Source of the DNA: Hydrurus foetidus
Lineage: Eukaryota
Length of the DNA: 32,604 bases
Direction of reading: 5' to 3'
NCBI GenBank assembly: GCA_900617105.1
Contig: UYFQ01000784.1
Location: forward strand, 1 to 32,604
A program made the translations under genes and the position numbers. Each line of letters begins with the position of its first letter. Positions within the stretch are counted from its first letter, which is position 1. The notes below the pieces were generated by a model. That model did not search any database and was not told where the DNA came from. It was given only the letters and a program-made list of their open reading frames with translations. Of the stretch, positions 1-9,799 are shown one piece after another.

Positions 1-1177
1 TGAAACTCACTACCACGCCACAAAAGCTAAGTAAGTTCAACTTAACCCGGTTGCTAGATTCAAATGTCGCCAAATGTTGCCAAAAACTTATCCAATGAAC
101 TTCTGAACTATTGGCAATTAACCATCAGTTAAGATTGCGAGACCAGAGATTTCAATGGCACTGGTGACAAAGCCCAAGCCACAGTCGAGTGGTAAGATCC
201 TTTTGATCTCAATAGCTGAATTAAGAATCCTCGACTAACAAATGCATCAACATCCTGAGAACAGGCGTAACTCCATCAGCAACAATTGCCAAACCAAACG
301 CCAAATTGGCGAGAGCGTCAAAATCAGAGCCAACCACAAGCGGTAGGTTACACTCTATACTTATGCATGCTGCTTTGAAACGTAACTGACTTCAACAACC
401 TACCGTTTGTCAATGCTTTATCAACTATTCGATGATTCCGGCTTTAATTACTCCAATTTGTGAACCAATAGCGAGCCCAAGTCAAGAGGTAATCACCCAA
501 CGACCTGCAATGTGGAAGGCATCTGAAAATCTATGCATGCTCAGCGCGATGTTCAGTCTTATGAACGAAGAGCAGAAAAACTTAGTAACGGTGAGTTCGG
601 ACCATATGAGATCTTAACAGCTGGAGTTGATTTTAACAAGTTCAATATTATATTACAGATGAACCAAACCATGGATGTTAGGGATATATTTAAGGCAGCA
701 GTTGGTGAACAGGGCAGAAACTTCGTTAGGGGAACAACATCTACCGATGCCCACAAATTTTTCAGACATGTATCTAAGATGCATTTTGCGGCGACAGGAT
801 TGTTAGTTGTCTACAAATTCAAGCAGCTAGGGTTCAACAACGATTGGGACATGCATTCAATTGAATCAAATTTATGTAGGCCAGGGAAATATGTATTCTT
901 CGGAGCAACACGTAAAAATAATGATACTCACAAACGTTTGCTAACATCTATAACTGCGCAACACTCAGATTCCGATAAGTTAGATACATGGATAAAGGGA
1001 AAGCAAATTCTAAATGACCATGCGATTGGTGTCGATGTTGACGACAATATGAATGGCACTATATATGATAATGGGTGTACTGCCGGTGAAAAAAGTTTTT
1101 CAATACAAAATTTAGCAACACGTATGCGATGGATGAACCAATGTTTTCTTATCGATCTTTATCTCATAAAAAGTTAA
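1..1177 (+). CDS. 5'-truncated spliced gene; putative papain-fold cysteine peptidase-like domain behind a K/P/S/T-rich linker
   Basis: Phase-consistent GT-AG model: exons <1-30, 129-191, 265(or 280)-342, 472-590, 659-1177. It joins the 432..617 frame (ENLCMLSAMFSLM) to the 533..1177 frame (GTTSTDA, PGKYVFFG, DHAIGVDVD, TIYDNG). Candidate triad: Cys 534-536, His 1019-1021, Asp 1067-1069. The gene model is well supported; the function is inferred. Confidence 0.6.
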
Positions 1178-1482
1178 TTTAATCAAGCTATTTTCGTAGG
1201 GGCAACCTCATGTTTGTCTCATACAGTTATTGCTGGGTCCGTAGGGATTTATAGATGGTCTCCGGGTGCCCCTTGGCTGTTTAAAAAGGAAAAAATTATC
1301 TTGCAATCATAATTTGTAATTTCATTAAACTTCAAATACTTAGTTTCCTGTACGGATCGGAAACTATTTGTACATCTCGTTATAATTGTGGTTTCATGGC
1401 ACTACAATTACTTAGTTTCACCAGCTGAGCAAAACAAGCGGCTTAAGCGCGCATATTCTGCGTCTATTTTGTTTCGCTCTTT

Positions 1483-1768
1483 ATGCGACAACAAATGCGC
1501 CGAGAGTATTGCATTAGACACAATTAAACCTAAACGCACCAAAAGCATCGACATGCGCTTTCACTGGATCAGAGACCGCATCAAGCAGCAACAGTTCGTC
1601 GTTGCCTGGCGCAAAGGCGCCGACAACCTTGCAGACTTCTTCACAAAGCCACTTCCAGTTCATGCCCACCAATCTCTCATGCCTCTCCTAGTGCATACCC
1701 CTCCAGCTTCTTCCTCTGTCCTTCTCTCCTCCTCAGCTCTCCGGGCAGCTAAATGGTCAAACCATTAG
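1483..1768 (+). pseudogene. pol: copia pol fragment (RNase H C-terminal part)
   Basis: Motifs DN, K.ID.R.H..R and N.AD.FTK.L. The upstream part of the listed ORF (1388-1482) does not look copia-like, so the fragment is 5'-truncated. Confidence 0.88.
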
Positions 1769-2058
1769 GCAAAAGGAATTCCCCTTCCAACCGCCTTGTG
1801 TACATGCTCATCACCGAGGGCCCTCCAGTTGGGCGTCCCTCTACAGGCCTTCACACTACACAGCGGCGGATCGGGGGATTTACCTTACGGCTGGCACACC
1901 CTACTACCCAGCAGCGAAAACACCTCTTACGTATTGGGGATTCGAACCACGGGCCTCTCAATTATAGCGGCTATATTGCTAACCAGCTACGTCAGATCCA
2001 CTGGTAACAAAGCGCGATTTCGACTACCTGTTCACACACTCACATGTTTGAGAGGGTG

Positions 2059-2223
2059 TGTTGATTAATGTCCGATAGTACAGCAAATAGTTCTGATGCA
2101 GCAGCTAATACTGCGGCTGCAGCAGCGAGTACCGCGGCCGCTGATACGATTAGATGCTACTTCCATATATACACACATCGTACTCAATCATCATTTATAC
2201 AAACATTGCCATTTGAATCAACA
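2059..2223 (+). repeat. copia 3' LTR (165 bp)
   Basis: Starts TGTTGATT and ends AATCAACA (perfect 8-bp inverted termini), follows the PPT, and contains a TATATA stretch near 2167. Confidence 0.8.
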
Positions 2224-2312
2224 GATAGTCAACCACTTCTCGCATAATTTAATTCCAACACCCGTGAAACACGTCCATTCGTTTCACCTTTGGTTAGCAA
2301 TACAATCTTCGC

Positions 2313-5300
2313 TCATTTGTTGTTTCGTCTATTTTGTGCATTAAATGGCAGTCGGCATGGGAGAATATCATCTGAAAAATATTCCCTAGATGGATTCCAG
2401 AGAAAATCAGATTCATCCAACTCAACTTTATTCATTATGTTCGTATCTCCAATATTCTGCTGATCCTTGCCATTCATAACAACACTTATATTCGTACAAT
2501 CAACCTTCTTGACCAAAATTGCGCTGACAATACCTTGAACATAACATTTAACTTTATTTTGTTCAACAACATCGTCACTATCAACTGAACCAGAATCAAT
2601 ACCATCCGCCTTTGAAATGCAAATTAGACTGTGAACATGTGGTGTTCCACGAGCCTGATACTGAACGTAAATGTGTTAGATTTGAAAGTGACATTATGTT
2701 GAGTCCATTCAGAACATACCTCGACTCGCCTCCAAAAATCAGTAACTTCTCCAAATGGCTTAGACTCACCCATCACAAGATATTTCCACATACAATCCTG
2801 CTTGTAATCGAATAAACGTGCGATAGTTGCTGGATGACTTCGCAACAGATTCATTCTTGTATCAGAATCTAGCAACTTCGCCTAAATATATATAAATTAC
2901 ACTGATTAAATACAACATAATGAGAAAAAGGATATTGTAAATATAATTACCTTACCTTATTTACTCTGGTATCCCAAAATTCAATACTATGATCAGTGAT
3001 TTGGCTCTGTACAAGTTCGAAAAAGCGACTTTCATAAAGATCTGCTGGTGCAACAGTAAAAAATAGACGCCACAAACCCAACTTATTGATAATAGGAGAC
3101 GGAATCATTGCCATAAGTTTAGTCCTTTCATAAGCTATATGAGTTGCAGTTCCTTGTAACGACTGAGAATAAGGTATTAATCGTTTAATCAATTTTTGCA
3201 TCTCTCTTTCGTCATACTTGTACGATGACGAATTCATAACTGTATCGCTGGACACATTACTAGACTTCAATGTTTCTTGAGCGGAAACTAAAGACTCCTC
3301 CAAATAATTTAATAAATTGTTAATATCACTAATATTTGGTACTTCTTCAAGTGGAGCTGTACTATCAAGATTTCTTTTTTGAGCCACGAAAGCAACGCCC
3401 CCTAACTTTCTTCTCATCTCCATTGTATACATATTAAAGATAAATCCAGCTGACTGTTGAAACCTCCTAGCTGAAGGACCACCACCTAAACACAACATGT
3501 GTTTTGCGTTACTAAGCATACCACACGACTTGTCGCTAGGACACCCCCGACCGTACGGATACAAATAATACTCAGGATTTTTGAACTGACATACGAATTC
3601 ATGTAGCGTGTTCCTCTCATAAGTAGACTGTGATGGGTCAATTAGAGCACTGCATATACCCTCAATATGTGAAACCAAAGAGTCAGGTGACTCCAACAAA
3701 ATTTCGTGCTTTTTTCCTGCTGATACTAATATGATAATGTTGGGAATGTCAGTCTCGAAAATTAGCAATGAAACACATAGTAACACAACAGGCAAAATAT
3801 ACCTGTATTAGTAGAGTATTCGTCAGAAACTTCGTCGTCTGCAACATTACCACCATCAATATCACAATCCTCATCATCAGTTAATCCAATGAAAGGAATA
3901 TCAACTGGTGATGTCGTTTCCTGCCAATACTTAACAATAATAGGCCAGATAATCTCGATATCACTATACAAATGATTGTGCTCTTTCAACCAATTCAATG
4001 CCGAATATACCCTAAATGGTCGATATTTGTACTCCTTCCCAACATCAGTTCTTCTGTGACGCATAACAGCTGTATCTTCAATGGACGGCATACGTGGTAG
4101 ATACTTAGCTACACTTGTCAAATCATTAATAATTGTGTAGTTGGTTCCGCCTTTGACTTTGTAGTGCTTTCCACCGGCCATAAACATTTTCGTCACGGAA
4201 GAATAGATATTTATCATACTTTCTTCGACGCCCGTTAAACTAACCAACTCAGAAGGTATAGTTCCGGCAAATAATCCATTAAATAATGCGAGTTTAGGAA
4301 CACTGTGACTTCGAGATGCAGACCCTTCCTTAGAGCTAGAAAGACCAACAACTACACTATATAAGGGAGCAGACTGGCATTCTTCACCCTCTTGCATCAT
4401 CTCGTGATGCGCCATGGTAAGATCGTGACCTTCGATAACAGTAATGGCATCGTCCACACACACTGGTGCCAAGTCAGAAATAACTCCACACTTTTTCTTG
4501 CCTTGAAGCTGGTGACAACAACTACTACACAAATGAGTACAACCGATGATAATTCCATCTTCGAAAACCCGCAGAAGATCATCAACGAACATGCAGTCAT
4601 ACGTTGACATATATGAGTGAACCGTTGTCAAAAGTTTGAACTTTGCCGTCAACCCTGACGCATCAATAGAATGCTGCATATCACAAATAAGCTTAGCCCC
4701 AACACTAGAACCTTCCAGGCCACAAATCCCGCAGACAATGAACCTTGTCAATATATCATAATTTTTCGCATAAAGTGATGCATCAATTGAACAAGACGAC
4801 CGGCCGACAGGATTTGAAATACTTCTCCTTGTGGCAACGCGCCTTTCAATTCGAAGCTTTCTGTTTGTCCGCTTAGCTTCATCAGTCAGTCCGGAATAGA
4901 TAGGCAACCGCCGAGACATATACTCAGTAGATTTAGACGACAATGCCATTTCGCCACGACATTCCAAATTAGCACTTGACACACGTTTACGTGAAAGCCG
5001 CCTCCTTTCCGAAAGAGATACAGATGTATTATACTCATGTATTTGACGACCAAGATACGATGACGAGGTGTCAGCGCTGCACAGACCCACATTAATGCCC
5101 CCAGATGACCAATCAACTAAACCGTCGTAATGGTTGAAACCAGTGTACAATAGATAGATCTCACTAGAATTCGACAGATCCCCACTCCATACGATTCAAC
5201 ATTTTGGCGCAGTAAGTAAGACACGTAAACCCGTCCATTCCGACAGCCTCAGATAATGTCCGCTGCTCGTCTGGAGCAATACTGATAACCACATCTCCGT

Positions 5301-5475
5301 TATCGCGGATGTAACTACAAATCTGCTCCCGCAAACGAAAACCGGACATATCATCGTGAATACTTGGCACTATCCCATCATAACTAAGACAAAAACTTAG
5401 CGAATGAAAAAGGCAGCTGTTGTCACCTCTCTGCGGAACAACTCGGGCATCCCTCAAGATATCACAACGCTCCAT
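2313..5475 (-). pseudogene. Helitron RepHel gene, N-terminal half: OTU protease + DUF6570-like + HUH Rep motifs I and II; motif III and PIF1 helicase absent
   Basis: Exons 5475-3803 (frame break at ~5165), 3719-2956, 2881-2720, 2660-2313; GT-AG introns 3802-3720, 2955-2882, 2719-2661. Motifs: GDNSCLFHSL / EWG..E / NHYD (OTU); PKLALFNGL..G.IP.EL..LT.VEE, LPR, RV..AL.WLKEHN.LY.DI (DUF6570-like); LYPYGRG, RRF, LFFTVAPAD, HP..IAR.F; splicing reconstitutes FGEVTDFWRRVE|YQARGTPHVH (HUH motif). Confidence 0.88.
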
Positions 5476-5642
5476 AAAAAAGCAAGTCAGAACAAAGAGC
5501 CTGTAAATGGTTCGATCTGAAGTTAATGACTAGCCCATCATAAATACGTCAGCACTGAAGTTCAGCTAGCTTCAGTTCGTCTCATCACAAGAGTAGATAA
5601 CAGTACAGAGGGTTGCGTCGTGTGTTTCACCCAAACTCCATG

Positions 5643-5750
5643 AGACCCCCGGATCATCCAAACGTCCAGCTCCATAAAACCCACCGGATAATCGCATCAA
5701 CATTAGACCCCCGGATCGTCAGGACCCCCCAAAATTAGACCCCCTAAAAC
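5643..5750 (+). repeat. Cluster of short GACCCCC direct repeats upstream of the Helitron gene
   Basis: AGACCCCCGGATC occurs exactly at 5643 and 5705, with two further GACCCCC copies at ~5723 and ~5738. Confidence 0.6.
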
Positions 5751-5915
5751 CATTCTCGGACTGCGAGAACACGGTCAAATCCCTGCAAATCTAGCGTCAT
5801 ATAAAATGACATTTGTTATATAGAGGTGGAACCACCATTAGGTTTATCCCCCAATTAGTAATTTCGTACCGAGACCAAAAAACAGATGTTTGTTCATGAC
5901 TTACACGACTTAAAA

Positions 5916-5950
5916 CATAACCATAACCCGTAACCCGTAACTAGTAACTA
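5916..5950 (+). repeat. Degenerate TAAC(C)-type short tandem repeat
   Basis: CATAAC CATAAC CCGTAAC CCGTAAC TAGTAAC TA. Confidence 0.55.
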
Positions 5951-6112
5951 TGCATTGTTTTTCGAACGCTCTTGTCAAAGCTGGCCTGGAAACCTATACA
6001 GTATCGCGACCCACCCAACGATTTTCTTACGAGAATGGAGATTAGTTTGTGCAGGAAAAGCAGAAATCAAAACGGAGCTGAACATCTAATTTTTGGAGGT
6101 TTTGAGGCACGG

Positions 6113-6208
6113 GAAAGGAAGATTTTTTCTCGGGTTTGGTTGTGGTATGTCCAGTTAAAGTTTACACAAAAGCTTCGAGCTGAGCAACCACGTTCACTCA
6201 CGCGTCAT
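6113..6208 (+). repeat. Diverged direct repeat of the Harbinger right-subterminal block (partner at 9452-9541)
   Basis: Both copies share in order GAAAGGAAGATTTTT, CGGGTTT, TTGTGGTATGTCCA, TTAAAGTTTACACAAA, GCAACCACGTT and CACTCACGCGTCAT. Confidence 0.85.
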
Positions 6209-6536
6209 ATCATAATTCATAGTGTAGTGCTCACTTGTCACTTGTCAGCCGCTTTAATTAATTTTAATTTTTAGGCTACTCCTTATGACGCTTACAAAAC
6301 ATTTTTTACGTTTTCCTTTTTCTGTAGTTCGATTACAAATTTTTGGCGACATATTGGTACTACCCTTATGACGTTTACAGATTTTATTTTAATTTTCTGT
6401 AGTCGACACCGGCGACTCCCCTTGCGATGAGTACAGAAAACATTTCTTGTTTCCTTTAGAACCATCAAACTATCAGTTCTTTGATCAACCTCACATTCAT
6501 ATCATCAATTAAGATAAGAAATTGGTAAACTTGAAC

Positions 6537-7963
6537 ATGTCTTCTGATGATGAGAGCGTTGACTTGACGAAACTTATCAAGGAATCTAATGAGTACTACG
6601 AGAGAAGAAAAAAATTGCGCAAAGTTGTCGAAGAAGAGGAGGAAGAAAGATTAAAGCAACCAGCTTTCTATAGGCATCGTAAATGGGAAGGTCGTCCACC
6701 TTATGATATGTCTTGTTGGGGCCGAATGTTGGTCAATCCCAGAACGAAAGATCCTACTGATCGCAAGGGCGGTGTGTTATTTCGCAGGCGATTTCGAGTA
6801 CCTTTTCCGCTATTCGAAAGATTGACAGAGATGACAAGAGCTAATAAATGGTTTAGCGAGGGTAATGACTGTGCTGGTGTGAAGGCAGCACCTTTGGAGC
6901 TAAAAGTTCTTGGATTATTACGGGTCCTTGGTCGAGGTTACTGTTTTGATGGTATCGAGGAGCTGTCTTACATAAGTGCAGAGATTAATCGCGTCTTCTT
7001 TCATAAGTGGTGTGAATTATTTTCAAAGAAGTACTTTGCTACGTACTGTAATCCCCCCGAATCTGAAGAAGAAATTCAGAAGACTCTCGATGTGTACACA
7101 AGGTTAGGGTTGCCTGGTTGCATAGGGAGTACTGACTGTGTGCATATAAGATGGGAGCGTTGTTCTTCTGGAGATCGTGTTCTTCATAAGGGGAAAGAAG
7201 GTTTTCCCACACTCTCTTATGAAGTTACCGTTGATCACACTTCTAAGATCATTGCGGTTACTCATGGATATCCTGGGACAAGGAGTGATAGAACTATCGT
7301 AAGATTTGATGGGTTTGTTACGGACATTCATGATGGAATAAAATACCATGACGTTACTTTCCCAATGTGCGATATTAAAGGTGAAGAGTATGAAGAAAAG
7401 GGGGCATGGTTATTGTGCGATAATGGTTACCATAAATGGAGATGCATGCAGTGTCCATTAAAACATTCAGAAATACCTAGAGAAACACTATGGAGTGAAT
7501 GGGCAGAGACTGTGAGGAAAGATGTTGAGTGTGCATTTGGTGTGTTGAAAGGTAGATTTCGCTGCTTAAAATTACCCATATATTATCACAATAAAGATCA
7601 TATTGATAACATGTTTTATTCTTGCTGTATTATGCATAACATGTTATTACATTTTGACGGATTAGATGTTCGATGGGAACAAAATGTTAATTACCTAAGC
7701 AACGATGGGCATCATTCTCATGAAGATATGCTAATTTTAGACAACATCTTAGTAGAGTCCGTAATCTAACTCCTATAACTGACTTCACACTGATTGGAAC
7801 TGCTGCTGTGCAGAATCGTTTCGAAGTAGTTCATGGTGATCATGATGTTGAATATGAATCTACTCATGTAAACTTACAAAAGAAATTGATTGATCATTTT
7901 GCGTGGAAACATTCTATAAATGAAATACAGTGGCTTAAAAAGAAGTCCAAACGTAGAAAGTAA
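6537..7963 (+). CDS. Harbinger DDE transposase (Plant_tran / DDE_Tnp_4-like), with a 1-nt frameshift near 7735
   Basis: FRRRFRV, GLPGCIGSTDCVH, KGKEG.PT, PGTRSD, LCDNGY, RKDVECAFGVLKGRF, CIMHNM. Adding one T to the T-run at ~7735 extends the frame to ...LQKKLIDHFAW...KKKSKRRK* (TAA 7961-7963). First ATG at 6537. Confidence 0.92.
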
Positions 7964-8172
7964 ATATTATATAATAGTAAAATCATTTCAATTAATTTTA
8001 ATTTAAAAACATATTTTATTTTTCTATCATTAATTTATATCATTGAGTTTTAATTTTTACCAGCGTTTTCCCTGTAAATATAAGATTTTTAAGCATAACA
8101 AATACATCAACGGACTTTTGAAAATGAATGATATGTTGAAATAAAAATATTTGCAATATAGTATGAGATTAA

Positions 8173-9338
8173 TCAGGTGTGTTTGGTGCGCTTGGTCTTC
8201 TTTCTTTTATCTTTATCCCAGGAATACTCGTTCTCTTCTTCAGTGTTGTCCTCGATAACTCTCTTTGATGCTTTGTTCAACTTGCTTCCATTAGTTGCTA
8301 GGGGTTGGGTTGCTTTTTGTAATGGGACGGTCAGTTGAGAGGACCTTGTCACACTCTTCGAAGATTGCTTTGTTTTGAGATCACCAGTAGGAACATCCTT
8401 CGAGGAGCATGACTTACCATGAACGAATTGACGTGTGATAGGTACGTCATTGATTTTCTTGTTCAATATGGGAGACAGTATGGTTTCCTCGGTAGCTGTA
8501 AATTGAGTGTCGGGATATGAGAATTGGTGATTACTTCTTTTGAAGCCTCCCGAATTTCGGCTGGAGGTAGATGTATCTAGGCCTCGATTGTCTACGACGA
8601 TATCTCCTTCGGCTTCTGAATCAGATGTGTTCAATAAGCTCTCGAGGTCTGATTTCAGAATTTCCTCTTCCGAGATGAGCTGTCCTCTTCTTCTCACGTT
8701 GTAGTTTTCGAGCCTCGGTTTTATTTGGTCGAATGGTGGAAGATGATGTCATGTCGGACGGAACAGATGATTTCCTACATTGATAGAAGATTCAGATGAT
8801 TAGTAAGAGCTTGATTCATGCTGTATGTTAAAGCAACTTACTCTATGAAGAAGGCCTTCTCGGGCTTCTCAGATGCTCGACCAAAGGCAAGGAAGGTTTC
8901 CCATTCACAGGGTTGATAGGATGGTTTAAATGATTTCATTTTAAAGGAGGGAGGATGTTTTGATCGATTTTTGGCAGCCAGTTGTTCAGCCTTATACAAA
9001 GCTTCCTTTGTCTTCAGGAGGATGGTTTCTTTGTTCATTCCAGATGGAGGTAGGCCATCTGGTCCTAAGAGCTTCACGTAGTGGGGGGTGATTTGATTGT
9101 TGACGAATTTTTTGATGGCGCTAAATTTTCTCCATAGTGACTGCCCATCATGAATTTCCTTCTCCGTCACAGTCTCATCCAGATGTCGAGATGTCCTGTA
9201 GTAAGTATTCTTCGCTAACCCTTGGGGCAGCTTGACTCTCTTCACATGGTTGTCAAATTGTTCAAGCATCTTCGCAAATATAGTTTTAGAGTCCATTTCA
9301 CTCGACGGAATCGATAAGCCAGCACGCGTGATGAGCAC
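8173..9338 (-). CDS. Harbinger second ORF (probable Myb/trihelix-like DNA-binding partner), 2 exons
   Basis: Lies inside the TIRs, convergent with the transposase. SLWRKFSAIKK.V, PPSG and CEWETF resemble Harbinger ORF1 proteins. Intron 8841-8775 (GTAAGT...TGTAG); apparent 1-nt frameshift near 8685; basic C-terminus. Start codon not resolved. Confidence 0.65.
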
Positions 9339-9799
9339 ATACTGCTTAGACTTGATATCCGCGAGTCTTCAAAATTGTGTCTTGAGAGCGTCACTCGACA
9401 AAAAGCAGTAACAAAAAAAGGACCCTTTTTGTGCGGCGTTCGGAGGAATGTGAAAGGAAGATTTTTACTCCGGGTTTTTGTGGTATGTCCATTAAAGTTT
9501 ACACAAATGACGCCGGCAACCACGTTACACTCACGCGTCATCCAAAAATGTAAAATACGTGCGTCATAAGGTCTGGCCTTAATGCGTTACATCTTTCAAA
9601 GAAACGTACAGCAGTAGGTACGGTTTATTTCACCCGTCCCATCTACCATCCGCATCGCTAGTTCTTCTGTGATCAGATCGCCCAGCAACATTCCACAACC
9701 ACTAGCAAATTATATGCCAATTGCAAGATGTCAGTGATGTCGAGGCCGTCAGTGTGAGCGCTCAATATCCCGCCAACTCCTAATCATTGCGTCTGAAGT

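Larger units (their letters stand above)
1483..2223 (+). mobile_element. Ty1/copia LTR retrotransposon, 3' remnant (RNase H C-terminus, 3' UTR, PPT, 3' LTR)
   Basis: CDNKCA...KRTKSIDMRFHWIRDR...NLADFFTKPL is the copia RNase H end. Purine tract GAGAGGGTG (2050-2058) directly precedes a TG...CA LTR. The left boundary is approximate. Confidence 0.9.
2224..5950 (-). mobile_element. Helitron/Helentron-type rolling-circle transposon, 3'-truncated
   Basis: Carries a spliced OTU-DUF6570-Rep gene. Termini were not identified, so the boundaries are approximate; the right bound is set by the repeat-rich tract at 5640-5950. Confidence 0.75.
6274..9578 (+). mobile_element. PIF/Harbinger DNA transposon, structurally complete (3305 bp)
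   Basis: Left TIR GGCTACTCCTTATGACGC (6274-6291); right TIR reverse complement GGCCAGACCTTATGACGC (9561-9578), 15/18 identical. Flanked by TTA at 6271-6273 and 9579-9581. Encloses a DDE transposase and a convergent second ORF. Confidence 0.92.

Noticed and set aside
533..658. ATG 533 as the start of a 214-aa protein
   Set aside because: Splice signals indicate that 533-590 is read in another frame and 591-658 is intron.
5916..5950. True or interstitial telomere
   Set aside because: Only about five degenerate units of mixed length.
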